Notes under the pieces: model-generated
Databases searched by the model: none
Seen by the model: only the letters and a program-made list of their open reading frames with translations
What the model was told of the DNA's origin: nothing
Translations under genes and position numbers: made by a program
Origin: Marsupella aquatica
Lineage: Eukaryota > Plantae > Marchantiophyta
Length of the DNA: 64,000 bases
NCBI GenBank assembly: GCA_973895155.1
Contig: OZ316891.1
Location: 7,999,875 to 8,063,874 of the forward strand
Reading direction: 5' to 3'
Shown here: piece by piece, positions 36,034 through 48,680 of the stretch
Layout: each line of letters begins with the position of its first letter
How positions within the stretch are numbered: the first letter of the stretch is position 1

Positions 36034-39000
36034 TGTTAGATATTGCTCTAGTCTTGTGATTCATGAGCTAATTACAGTTAGGCTAACTCGGGTTAGAACT
36101 TAACTATTGTTAGCGGTAGTGCTGTTGTGTATATAGCCAGGGCTGATGCAGACCCTGGTGGAACTTAGGCTCATTGTTACGGAGCTAGTTGAAAGATAGG
36201 GAGAGCTTGTGCTGTGGATGCTTGGTATGGCCGGTCGGCCTATAGTGCAGTAAAGCTCTTGTGTGTTCCCGTGGACGTAGCCTCATGAGAAGGTGAACCA
36301 CGTATCTCTCTGTGTCGACTATTGTGCGTTGGATGGTTCATGGGCTTGCCGTTACGAATGTCGTCTATGCTCAACAAGTGGTATCAGAGCATGCCTGGGA
36401 GGTGACGAGGTTTTTTCGTGACAGGTTTTCCAGCGTTCATTGTCGATGGTACATTCGGAGTTTCGTCGCATGAAACTTGAATGTGTGTGGCTGTGCAGAT
36501 AGGTTAGTGAGAGGGCTTTCTAACGGTGGTTAGAACTTGCTGATCGGTATCCGAGGTGCGGAGGAATCAAAGTTTGCGTTGTTCAGGTTTTATTCATGTT
36601 CGACGGTATTTCGGGGAAGAGACCAGAGATCACATTTTTCAATGGTGTGAGCCATGCGGTGCTGGAGGGATCGCATATTATTGCTCAAGTTGAAGGTTGA
36701 AGCGAGCTGGTCATTTCGGTAGCTGGATTGCTGTCGAGTTGTTACCGAGTGCGACGTGACGAGTGAAGGAGGCGTTCAGGTTTTTTCACAAGCTATGGAG
36801 CTTGTTCTCATCTGAACCGGGTTTCTCTTCGTGACGTCCGACTTGGTGGAAGAAATGTGAAGTGCTAAGGCTCAACGGGTTGATCGCGGTGAGGCGGTCG
36901 TTTTGAGCCTGGGATTGGCACTTGACGCGGAGTGAAGACGACACAACAGAAATTTTTACTCTGCTGGAGCTATAGACTGTGCCGGTGAAATTCAACAACA
37001 TTTTGGGTCGGCGGCATTCATTTTTCTCGTTGGAAACGACAATTTGGCACTGCAGAAAGGCGAGGTGCAACTGTGACTTAGGGCACAGAGAAAACGACAA
37101 ATTAAGAAATAGTACTTTGTCCGTAATTTCCGCCGTATTTAGCGCTTGGCTTGTGTGAGTAGTGAGCTCACGACCCACAGGTGGCGAGGTCTTGGCTTGA
37201 GTGAGTAGTGAGCTCACGACCCACGGTCCATGAGATTTTGATTTGAGTGAGAAGATATTCCACAACCCACGGTTCGTGAGTCATGTGGGTATGCCTAGGT
37301 AGGCATGTACCCACGACCCACGATCTATGAGGGGTCTTGATTATTATTGAGTTTGGGGGCGGATAGCCTACGACCCATGGTCCGTGCGAGATCATCTTGG
37401 AAGCTTGGCTCGCACCCACCACCCACGGCCTGTGGCCTCTCAACGGATTTTGGTTTCGATTTTTTGTTTTTCAGTGTTTGGACTCCTAGCTTCGTGGGCT
37501 ACGCGGCGATGTTGAGTTTTTTTAGTTTTATGAAAAGCTTCAAAAAAAGACGTTTTTTCATGATTGTTTCATATGAGTGACTCGGAGAATACTGGAAGAA
37601 TTGGCGTCGGTGGAGCTTCAGGATCGCGACATTCAAACGGAGAGTCAAAGGAGGAGCTGCTACTGTTTGAGGAGGAACTAGTGACACCGATACGATCACC
37701 CGTGCCGCGTGCAGTGGAGGAAGTTGTTCTACTACCTGAGTTGTCGGTAGTGGGGAAGAAGAGGGAGATGGCTAGATTCGGAAGAGTGAAGTTTGAGGTG
37801 GAAAAGTACGATGGTCGTACTGATTACTTATTGTGGGAGAAGTAAGTGAAGGGTGTTCTTCGTGCAATGGGCTTAGCTCATCTGCTCTCTTCGCGAAAGC
37901 AGTATGATGGAGAAGAGGATATCTCAGAGAAGCAGTGGAGACAGGAGCAGGTGATTGCTGTCAACGCAGTGATGCTATATCTCAAGCCGCACATCATCAA
38001 GCAGCTGGATGATTATGCGGATTGCGCGTCACTATTCAAGGCTCTAAGAGAGAAGTACTACCGGGAAGATGCGTCAGACCGGCTGTACAAGAAGTCTCTC
38101 TTGATGAGCCTCAGGCTCAAGGAAGGGAGCAAGATGCAGGATCACTTGGATGAATTTGACAGTCTTGCGGTGGATCTGTCAAACCTGGGAAAAAGAGTTG
38201 AAGATGAGGATAAGGCCTTGCTTTTGCTAAGCTCCTTACCGCCGTCATATCAGGGCTTGAAATAGGTGCTCTTGTATAGAGATTTGAAGTCCATTTCGTA
38301 TAATGAGGTGGTGAGCTCATTACTGTCTGATGATGCTCAGAAGAAGCTGGGTCAATCACAGAGAGCATCTTCTTCTGGCACTGCGCTCAATGTGAACAGG
38401 GGAAGAGCAGCACAGCGCACGAATGGGCAGAACAGGTTTAGATCTACATCACGGGGGAGATCTAAATCCATAGGGAAATCGCAAGAGAGGAAGCCTCTTG
38501 CATGTTATTGTGGCAAGCCTGACCACATGAAAAGGGATTGTCGAGTAAAGGTCCCTACTGCCTCTGCTAACGCGGCATCGAGCTCGCATGAGGTAGATTT
38601 ACTCGATGATGATGACATATTGTGATGTCAAGGTTATGCTCTCAACGTAGTGTCAAATCCAGGTAGTGATGACTGGATTCTAGATAGTGCATGTACTTTT
38701 CATATTTGCTCTAGGAGAAATTTTTTCAGTTCTTACACGGTTTCCAACGGGTCAGTGTTGATGGGAAATGGAATCCCATGTCAAGTTGTTGGACTTGGAT
38801 CTGTAAGATTTCAGATGTTTGATGGTGTTGTGAGAACGTTGAGGAATGTGAGACATATTCCTAGCATGATGAAAAATCTCATTTCACTTGGAGTTTTAGA
38901 AGCAAATGGCCATCAATGGAGCTCTGCTAATGGTGTCCTTCAGGTTTCAACTGGTACTAAAGTCGTATTGAAGGGAAAGAGACATAGCAATCTATACGTT

Positions 39001-42000
39001 TTGGAGGGCAGTGTAGTATGTGATGAAGCCAATGTAACCTTATCTCATGAGGAGATGGCCCGGCTGTGGCACTTCCGTTTGGGCCACATGAGTGAAAAGG
39101 TTTGGCTATTCTTAAAAAAAAATGATTACTTTCTACTTTGCAGTCTTGTAAGTTAGAATTTTGTGAGCACTGTGTGCTTGGGAAGCAGCACAGGAAACCC
39201 TTCGGAGTTGGAACTCACACCAGCAAGGAGGTACTTGAGTATGTACATAGTGATGTGTGGGGTCCAGTCCCTACTCCCTCACATTCTGGACGGTTATACT
39301 ATGTCACGTTCATTGACGATTACTCAAGGTATGTGTGGATATACTTTCTACACAATAAGTCTGATATTTTTGCCACTTTTAAGGAGTGGAAAGCCCAAGT
39401 TGAGAATCAGACTGGTAATAAGGTGAGATATTTATGATTGGATAACGGCGGTGAATACAGTTCTGGTGAATTTGGAACGTATTGTAAGAAGCAGGGGATT
39501 ACCCCCCCCATCTCACAACTAGTTATACTCCTCAGCAGAATGGTGTTTCTGAGAGACTCAATCGAACACTATTGGACCGCTCGAGGAGTATGTTGAGTCA
39601 ATCATGCTTACCACATGAGTTTTGGATTGAAGCTGTCAACACTGCAGCTTATTTGGTAAATTTTTCTCCATCCAGTTCTATTGGATTCAGACGCCATTTG
39701 AAATGAGGTATGGGCGCCTAGCAGATTACTCACATCTGAGGATTTTTCGATGTGATGCTTATGTGCTTACACCTTCCCAGCTTCGATCCAAGCTGGAGTC
39801 CAAGTCGAAGAAGTGCATTTTCCTTGGCTATCAGAAAGGTGTGAAGGGTTATAGGTTATGGGATCCAGTAACCTGTAAGCTAATTGTCAGTCGAGATGTG
39901 TCCTTTAATGAATCCAGATCATCAAAGGAGGGGGAGAGTTCTCAGGACTCCCATACTGACAAGGAGAAATCTCCCATCCCGGACCAGGTTGAGGGGGAGA
40001 TTAGTCATGATTTTGTTCATGACAGGAGAGATGGAGAAGCTTCGGGTTTGGAGTTGGTTCCTGTGATGGAACAAGAGGAGCAGATTGTTGCTGGGGTACC
40101 TCAAATTCAGCCAGCAGCAGCAGCAGCAGCAGATCAGCCTAAGTCATCTACTAGAAGAACTTCCAGTCGTTCTACTAGAGCTCATACTAGGTATGGTCAA
40201 TGGGCAGACTCATCTAAGCTAGATGATATTGACATTGCACCTGATGATGATGACATGGCTTTGATCTTGGAAGAAGGAGAGCCTTCTTCGTACAGTGAGG
40301 CTTGTGCTTCAGAACAGATGCATGAGTGGAATGCAGCAATGCAGAGGGAGTTGCAATCTTTGAGTGACAACAAGACATGAGAGCTGGTGGAGCTTCCAAG
40401 AGGTCAGCAAGTGATGGACAGCAAGTGGATTTATAAGTTGAAGGACAGTCCTTCAGAGGGTGGAGATAAAATCTACAAGGCAAGGCTTGTTGCCAAGGGG
40501 TTCACTCAGGAGAAAGGAGTGGACTACAATGAGGTCTTTTCACCGGTGGCTAAGTATTCCACAATTCAGATCTTGTGTCAACTTGTTGTGTTTTTGAATC
40601 TGGTGATGGATCAAATGGATGTTGTTATAGTTTTTCTCTATGGCAACTTGGAAGAGTTGATCTTCAAGAGACAGCCACTAGGCTTTATGAAGAAGGGTCA
40701 AGAGAACTTAGTTTGCAAATTGCTCAAGTCTTTGTATGGATTGAAGTAGTCTCCCAGACAGTGGAACAAGCGGTTTGATGATTTCATGCTTGCTCAAGGT
40801 TTTATAATGATGGTTTATGATCCTTGTGTGTATACAAAATCAGTCAAGAATGATGTATTTGGTTTTATCATTCTGGTGATCTATGTGGATGACATGCTGA
40901 TTGTGGCTAAAGATCAATCTGAGGTTGACAGTCTCAAAGCAAAACTGAGTGTTGAATTCGGGATGAAGGATCTTGGTAAGGCCAAGAGGATCTTAGGGAT
41001 GGAGATTTTTAGGAACTCTGAGACTGGACAGTTGTACTTGAGTCAAGGCCAGTATGCGAGGAAAGTACTTGCACAATTCAACATGGAGAACTGTAAGCCA
41101 GTGAATATTCCTTTAGCTTCACATTTCAAGTTATCATCGGCTTTCTCTCCTACAGATGTTGTGGAGAAAGGTCTGATGGCTAAGATTCCTTATGAGAAGA
41201 CAGTAGGCTGTCTGATGTATTTGATGACTTGTACTAGGTCTGACTTGGCCCTAGCGATAGGCAAGGTTAGCAGATTCATGTCAAATCTAGGGGAGGTACA
41301 CTGGGAAGCTGTGAAATGGATTCTCAGGTATGTGAAAGGAACAGAGGACTATAGATTACTATTTGATAACAGATCAGATAGAAAGTTAGTTGGCTATGTA
41401 GATTCTGACTATGGAGGCTGTCTGGACACAAGGAGGTCAACAACTGGATTTGTATACACTCTTGGAGGAGGATGTATCAGTTGGAAATCTACCTTCCATA
41501 AGTGTATATCTCAGTCTACTATAGAAGCAGAGTATGTTGCAGCAGCAGAAGCAACAAAGGAAACAATTTGGTTGGACAAGTTGATCGCGGAGATGGGTTT
41601 AGAGCATGGCAAAATGACTCTAAACTGTGATAGTCAGAGAGCTCTTCACTTGGCTGCTAACCAGGTGATGGATAGCAGGGTGAAGCACATTGATATCAGG
41701 TACCATTTTATCAGGCAAACAGTGTCTGATAAAACTTTTGAGCTAGTCAAGATTGATGGAAAGCTCAATCCCGCTGATGCCTTTACCAAAGTGATTCTTT
41801 TGGAGAGTTTCTCAAGACACCGTGCTACTTTGCAGGTTTTGCAGTTGTAGTGCAAGTAGAGTTATTTAGCAATGTGTGTCTATTTGTGTATGGATTACTC
41901 ATTCCTGTTTGGCTATGGCTTAGTTCTAGTTAACCCTTAGTTAACCCTTGTGGTTTTTAGGGGGAGACCTGGTTTGGTGATTGTCTAGAACTTCCCGCTG

Positions 42001-42400
42001 AGGATCCATATGGTAGCATTTAGTCCAGTCCCCAAGACAAGAGTCAAGGGGGAGTTTGTTAGATATTACTCTAGTCTTGTGACTCATGAGCTAACTACAG
42101 TTAGGCTAACTCGGGTTAGGACTTAGCTATTGTTAGCGGTAGTGCTGTTGTGTATATAGCCAGGGTTGATGCCAGACCCTGGTGGAACTTAGGCTCATTG
42201 TTACGGAGCTAGTTGAGAGATAGAGAGAGCTTGTGCTGTGGATGCTTGGTATGGCCGGCCGGCCTAGAGTGCAGTAAAGCTCTTGTGTGTTCCCGTGGAC
42301 GTAGCCTCATGAGGAGGTGAACCATGTATCTCTCTGTGTCGACTATTGTGCGTTGGATGGTTCATGGGCTTGCCGTTACGAATGTCGTCTATGCTCAACA
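36034..42400 (+). mobile_element. Ty1/copia LTR retrotransposon (element A, Tnt1/Tork-like), full length but degenerate
   Basis: LTRs 36034-36376 and 42057-42400 (TG...CA, ~96% identical by eye). TSD gtttg/ttttg (4/5). PBS tggtatcagagc (tRNA-iMet) at 36379-36390; PPT just before 42057. Order is gag (ATG 37573)-zinc knuckle-PR (WILDSAC)-INT (HSDVWGP)-RT (YVDDML)-RNaseH (KHIDIRYHF), with several stops and frameshifts. Confidence 0.97.
37573..41850 (+). pseudogene. gag-pol of copia element A (disrupted)
   Basis: ORF fragments 37564-37845, 37846-38265, 38266-38625, 38650-39156, 39138-39437, 39703-40380, 40387-40749 and 40786-41850 carry successive gag/PR/INT/RT/RH motifs. Confidence 0.93.
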
Positions 42401-42873
42401 TTTTGTGGCTTTGATTGTATCTCAATTATGGCCCTGTTTTGACACACCTTAGTAAGGCATCTCAAAGCAACCCAGTTAGGGATGATGGCTTTCGGTCATA
42501 GCTTTCTCAAAGAGTTGCGTAAAAGCGTTTTTATATATTTTCTTCACTAGCCTCTAGAGTGACTTAGGGTCATGGCATGTGACCAATCTTTATGGCAAAA
42601 AGTTATGGATCATGAATGAATTTGGCAGTCCATAAATTTTTCTTTCAGAAACATGCAGTGAAGGTCCATAAAATTTTGAGGTTTGAGACCCACTCATTTG
42701 AACCACTACATTACAGACTATTGTGTCTAAGTGCAGGATCCCAGGAAGCCAAACCTGCACTCAAAAAGGGTATCCACTATGTTATGAGTGCAAGGGATAC
42801 GCTTTTATGCACTTCTCCATGTGTGCATGGTGTTGGGTATTTACTCTTACGTCTAGGTTAGGTATGACGTGGT

Positions 42874-42960
42874 TGGTACAACAACGTGGGTTGGTACAAC
42901 TACGTGGTTAGGTACAACTACGTGATTAGGTACAACTATGTGGTTAGGTACAACTAAGTT
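42874..42960 (+). promoter_or_regulatory. 18-bp tandem repeat in the U3 of the element B 5' LTR (5 units; 7 units in the 3' LTR at ~48914-49036)
   Basis: Unit ~taggtacaactacgtggt, containing GTAC and ACGTG cores. The regulatory role is inferred from its U3 position. Confidence 0.7.
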
Positions 42961-44367
42961 GCACACTATATCATAAGAGGCATGTGTGCTTGGAGAGGTA
43001 GAACCAAGGCTCATTGTTATGGAGCCACTTGAGAGATAGGGAGAGCTTACACTGTGGAGACTCGGTATAGCTGACGGGCTTAGAGTTCAGTAAAGCTCTC
43101 TTGTGTGTTCCCGTGGACGTAGCCTCAAGGAGGTGAACCACGTATCTCTTGTGTTGACTATTGTGCGTTGGATGGTTCATGGGCTTGCCGTTGCGATCGT
43201 CGTCTATGCTCAACAATTGGTATCAGAGCATGCTTGGGAGGTGACGTGTGTTCGTGACGGGATTTCATTACGGTTTTTCCAGCGTTGAGTGTCGGTGGAT
43301 TTCCCGGAGTTCCGTCGCATGGAACTTGGAGTTTATGGGCTCAACGGATAGATCGGGGCAAGAGCTTTCTAACGGTGTGAAGAAATCGCTGAACGGAGCT
43401 CGTGGTGCAAAGAGATCTAAGTTTTCGTCGTTCTGGATTTTGTGAAGAAAGTTGGCAATCGACTCGGAGGGAGAAGCGTCAAGTGTTTTGACTCAACGGA
43501 GAGATTGAGGCAAGACGATTGTTTTGAGTCCGGGATTGGCTCTTTGATGCAAAGAGGAAGGCTAAGCAAAATCAATTACCTTGTTGGACTTGGTGACGGC
43601 ACCAAGTGCAATTGATCAACATTCGTTGTTGACAAGGTAACATTTTTTCTCTTTGAAAAACTGATTCGAAATTGGCTATGGCAATTGAGAGAAATCTGTC
43701 ATCTTTACCAATTTTTTTCTCCCTCGTTCTTTCCTCGTTTTGGGTGCTTCTTATATCGATCTTCACCGCCTCGAAGTCTAGTTTCCAAATCTGAAATCAG
43801 ATCTTGATTTCGTCAAAACCCGAGTGAGATATCTTGCGTTTGGTGTCGAGGGATACATTCTGCCGTGTGTATTTTCTGCGCGCGCGACCAGATTTCGACA
43901 ACGAAGGGTGGTAGGGGGTTTTGGGGGTTTGAGGACACGTGTCAGCCCCTCGATTGTTCTTCCAAAATTCCCACAGGGCCTGTACAAGGGTCATAGAATA
44001 TTCCAAAAAACCATAGAGCTATTTTTTGACCGTCCGACAAAGATTTCATCCGCCGAACGGTAACTTTTTTGGTTATTTTTTGGCGAGGTCGTAGCCATTG
44101 AAGTTGGCAACGCGGCGCACCAATCACATCGTAATTCCAATAACGGGTTGTACTTGGTATTTCGGTTATTCCCTGAGGTGGTCAAAACGGGGGAGTTTCC
44201 CAAGGTTTTACCCACCTCGACCGAAATTTGAATAACTTTTCCGTCAAATTTCGATTTTGATTTCGGTTTTCAGTATTGGACTCCTAGCTTTGTGGGCTAC
44301 GCGGCGGTGTTGAGTTTCAAGTTTTTTGAGAAGTTGTGAAAAACAACAATTTTTGTGATTTTCTCAT

Positions 44368-47300
44368 TTGAGTGATTCGGAGGAATTTTTCGAAGACGTG
44401 GAACTTGAAGCACGAGGATCACCGCGGCGGTTTCAGGGGCAGAGAGAGGAGCAGGAGGAAGAGCATGTGATACCGATACCATCACCGGTGCGGCGTGTGG
44501 TGGAGGAAGCAGTACTACTACCGGAGCTCACGGTAGTGCCAAAGAAGAAGATGGGGACTTTCAAGCTTGGGGGACCCAAGTATGAAGTGACAAAGTATGA
44601 TGGGCGCTTTGACTACTTGCTATGGGAGAAGCAAGTGAAGGGAGTGCTCTATGCGTCAAGGATGGGCCAACTGCTGAGCCCTCGTGAAGACGATGTTGAT
44701 GAGAAACAATGAGACCGCATGCAGGAGCAGGGAGTGTGGTGTGTTACACTCTATCTCATGCCTCCCATCATCAAGCAGTTGGGTGCACATAAGGATTGCA
44801 TGTCCTTGTTTGCGGAATTGCAGAGCAAGTATCACCGCAAGGAGTTGTCGAACCGGCTCTACACTTCCTACAAACTCATGAGTTTCAGGATGAAGGAATC
44901 CGGCACAAAGTTGCAAGACCATGTGGATGCTTTCAACGACATGGTCGTTGACTTGGAAAACCTTGGGGAGACTTTGAATGATGAGACGAAGGCTCTGCAG
45001 CTTCTTAGTTCATTGCCTCCATCTTACCAGTCCCTATCACGAGTGTTGTTGCATCGTGATAGGGATACCATTTCATATAATGACGTGGTAAGTTCTCTGC
45101 TTAGTGATGATCTTCAGTAGAAGATGCACATCATATCACAGCCTTCATCATCTGGTGCTGCCCTCAATGTTAACCGTGGGAGGGGTATGCAGCGACCAAC
45201 TGGGGACCGTAGAACCCAGTTTAGATCTAAATCCAGATCTAAGTCCAAGGGTAAATCCCCTCAGAGGAGGCAGGTGACATGTTGGAAGTGCAACCAAGTT
45301 GGACACTTCAAGCGAGACTGTAAGGGAAAGGCAGCGAAAACTTCATCGGCAAATGTGGCTAGGGCTGATGGAGAAGCTGATTTACTCAATGATGAGTATG
45401 TTTTATGAAGTCGGGGGTATGCCCTGTGCACGTCATCTAGGAGAGCAGATGATGTGTGGATTCTTGATTGTGCTTGCTCTTTTCATATTTGTTACATTCG
45501 TGAGTTTTTTAGTTCTTACTCTATTTCAAACGGTTCAGTTCTGATGGGAAATGATCACTCCTGTCAAATTGAGGGAATTGGGTCTGTGAAGATTCAAATG
45601 TTTGATGGCGCTGTGCGCACAGTGTCCGGAGTCAGGTATGTACCTGGCATGCGTAAGAATCTGATTTCACTCGGTGTGTTGGATTCAAATGGTCATCAAT
45701 GGAGCGTTATTGATGGTGAACTTCAAGTCAGGTCGGGAGAGACAGTGATTTTGAAGGGGAGTAGACAAAAGAATTTGTATGTGTTACAGGGCAATACTGT
45801 ATGTGGAGAGGCCAATGTAACCAAGTCTCACGAGGAGATGACTCAACTGTGGCATTCACGGCTAGGCCACATGAGTGAGAAGGGTTTGGCTATCTTACGG
45901 AAGAATGGACTCATTTCTGATTTGCAATCTTGTAAATTAGAGTTTTGTGAGCATTGCATTCTTGGAAAGCAGCATCGTCGTGCTTTTGGTGTTGGAACTC
46001 ATCGTTCCAAAGCGGTTCTTGAGTACATACATAGTGACGTGTGGGGTCCATCCCCGACTCCCTCACACTCTGGAAAGTTGTACTATGTATCATTTATTGA
46101 TGATTACTCAAGATTTGTGTGGATTTATTTCATGACGCATAAGTCTGATGTCTTGTCCATTTTTAAGAAGTGGAAGGCCCAGGTGGAGAATCAGACTGGA
46201 AACACGATCAAGTGTTTGGATACAAGGGTGAAGAGTCTGAGGTCAGACAACGGCGGGGAGTACACTTCAATGGAATTTGAAGAGTACTGTTCAGAACAGG
46301 GGATAACTCGCCATCTCACCACAGTTTATACTCCACAGCAGAATGGTGTCGTTGAGAGGCTCAATCGGACACTGTTGGAGCGGTCACAGAGTATGTTGAG
46401 CCAATCAGGTTTACCACAAGAATTTTGGGCAGAAGCTGTCAATACCGCAGCTTATTTGGTAAATCTTTCTCCTTCTAGTGCTATCAATTTCAAAACGCCG
46501 TTTGAGATGCGCTATCAACGACAAGCAGACTATCATGGCTTGGTAGTTTTTGGAAGTGATGCATATGCTCTCACACCAAAGCAGAATAGGACCAAGTTGG
46601 ATCCTACCTCCAAGAAATGTGTTTTTCTTGGGTACCAGAGTGGTGTGAAAGCCTATAGGCTATGGGATCCTATTGCCTGTAAGCTCGTTGTCAGTAGGGA
46701 TGTTTCCTTCAATGAATCCAGATTATTGAAGGAGGGGGAGAATACTCAGGTCTCCCGTACTGACAAAGGAAAATCTCCTATCCCGGATCTCGTTGAGGGG
46801 GAGATTGGTTATAAGGTGCATGACCGGAGAGAAGGAGTTGCTCCAATTATGGAGCTGGTTCCTGTGCTAGAGGAACCAGAGGAGTTTGTTGATGCTGGTG
46901 AACAGCAAATGGATGCTGTTGAGCTTCAAATTGTACCAGCACACGCAGATCAACCAAAGTCATCGGCTAGAAGAACATCTGGTCGCACTGTACGTGCTCC
47001 ACCAAGGTATGGACAGTGGGTTGATTCATCTCAACTGCAAGAAAATGATTTTGCAGCTGATGATGAGGGTGATGCGTTAATTTTGGAAGAAGGGGAACCT
47101 TCTTCATTTCATGAGGCAAGTGCTTCAAAGGAGAAGCAGAAGTGGACTGCAGCAATGCAAACGGAGATGCAGTCACTAAAGGACAACAAAACTTGGGAGC
47201 TTGTTAAGCTGCCTAAGGGTCAGCAAGTGGTGGACAGCAAGTGGATTTACAAGTTGAAGGATAATTCCATAGGAGATGGATCGAAGGTCTACAAGGCTAG

Positions 47301-48680
47301 GTTGGTAGCAAAGGGATTCACACAAGAAAAAGGTGTGGATTACAATGAGGTCTTCTCACCAGTTGCTAAGTACTCTACAATACGACTATTGTGTGTACTT
47401 GTTATAATGTTTGGTCTGCTGCTAGATCAGATGGATGTTGTCACAGCTTTCCTCTATGGCACATTGGAAGAGGTGATCTTCATGAGACAACCGCTAGGTT
47501 TTGTGAAGAGAGGACAGGAGGAATTGGTTTGCAGATTGCTGAAATCCTTGTATGGGTTGAAGCAGTCACCAAGACAGTGGAACAAGCGGTTTGACGATTG
47601 GATTCGGTCACAAGGTTTTCACAGAAGTGTATTTGACCCTTGTGTGTATTTAAAATCGGTAAAGAATATTGTATTTGGGTTCATTATTTTAGTACTTTAT
47701 GTGGATGATATGCTAATTGCAGCCAAGGATAGGTCTGAGATTGTTAAGCTCAAGGCACTGCTTAGTACAGAGTTTAAGATGAAGGACTTAGGGCCAGCTA
47801 AGAGGATTTTGGGTATGGAGATCACTAGGGACTTGGAGGCTGGCAAGCTATGGTTGACGCAGAGCAGTTATGGGAGGAAGGTAATTGCAAGGTTCAACAT
47901 GGGGAATAGCAAGCCAGTAAGTACCCGTTGGCTCCACACTTCAAGTTATCATCAGCGTTCTGTCCTACGGATGACACAGAGAAGGGGTTGATGTCAAAGG
48001 TTCCGTATGACAAGGCAGTGGGGAGTCTCATGTATTTGATGACTTGCACTAGACCTGATCTTGCCATGGCTATGGGCAAGGTAAGCAGGTACATGTCAAA
48101 TCCAGGGAAGGTACACTGGGAAGCAGTGAAGTGGATTATCAGGTACTTGAAGGGTACCGTGGATCATGGTCTTTTATTTGATGCGAATGCAAAGAATGCT
48201 AAATCATTGATTGGCTATGTTGATTCTGACTATGGACAAGATTTGGACCGAAGGAGATCAACAACAGGATACGTGTTCACACTTGGCGGTGGATGCATAA
48301 GTTGGAGGTCTACTTTGCAGAAGTGTATTGCTCAGTCTACTACAGAAGCGGAGTATGTTGCAGCTGCGGAAGCAGCAAAGGAAGCGATTTGGTTGGATAG
48401 ACTTATCACTGAAATGGGATTGCCACAGGGGAATGTGAAGCTCCATTATGATAGTCAAAGTGCGCTCCACCTTGCTATGAACCAGGTGATGGACAGCAGA
48501 GTGAAGCACATTGATCTCAGGTACCATTTTATCAGGCAGGCTGTGTCTGATAATTTGTTTGAGCTAGTCAAGATTGATGGTAAACTCAACCCGGCTGACG
48601 CATTTACCAAAGTGATTCCTTTGGAGAGTTTCTCTAGACACCGTGACGTATTGGAGGTTTTGCAATTGCATCACAAGTAG
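44368..48680 (+). pseudogene. gag-pol of copia element B (two gag nonsense codons, a gag/pol TGA shared with element A, one RT frameshift)
   Basis: ORFs 44368-44712, 44719-45120, 45124-45408 (CWKCNQVGHFKRDC knuckle), 45454-47991 (PR-INT-RT) and 47928-48680 (RT end-RNaseH). Confidence 0.93.

Noticed and set aside
37145-37440. CRISPR array
   Set aside because: Eukaryotic retrotransposon context, degenerate repeats, related spacers and no cas genes; reported as a leader repeat instead.
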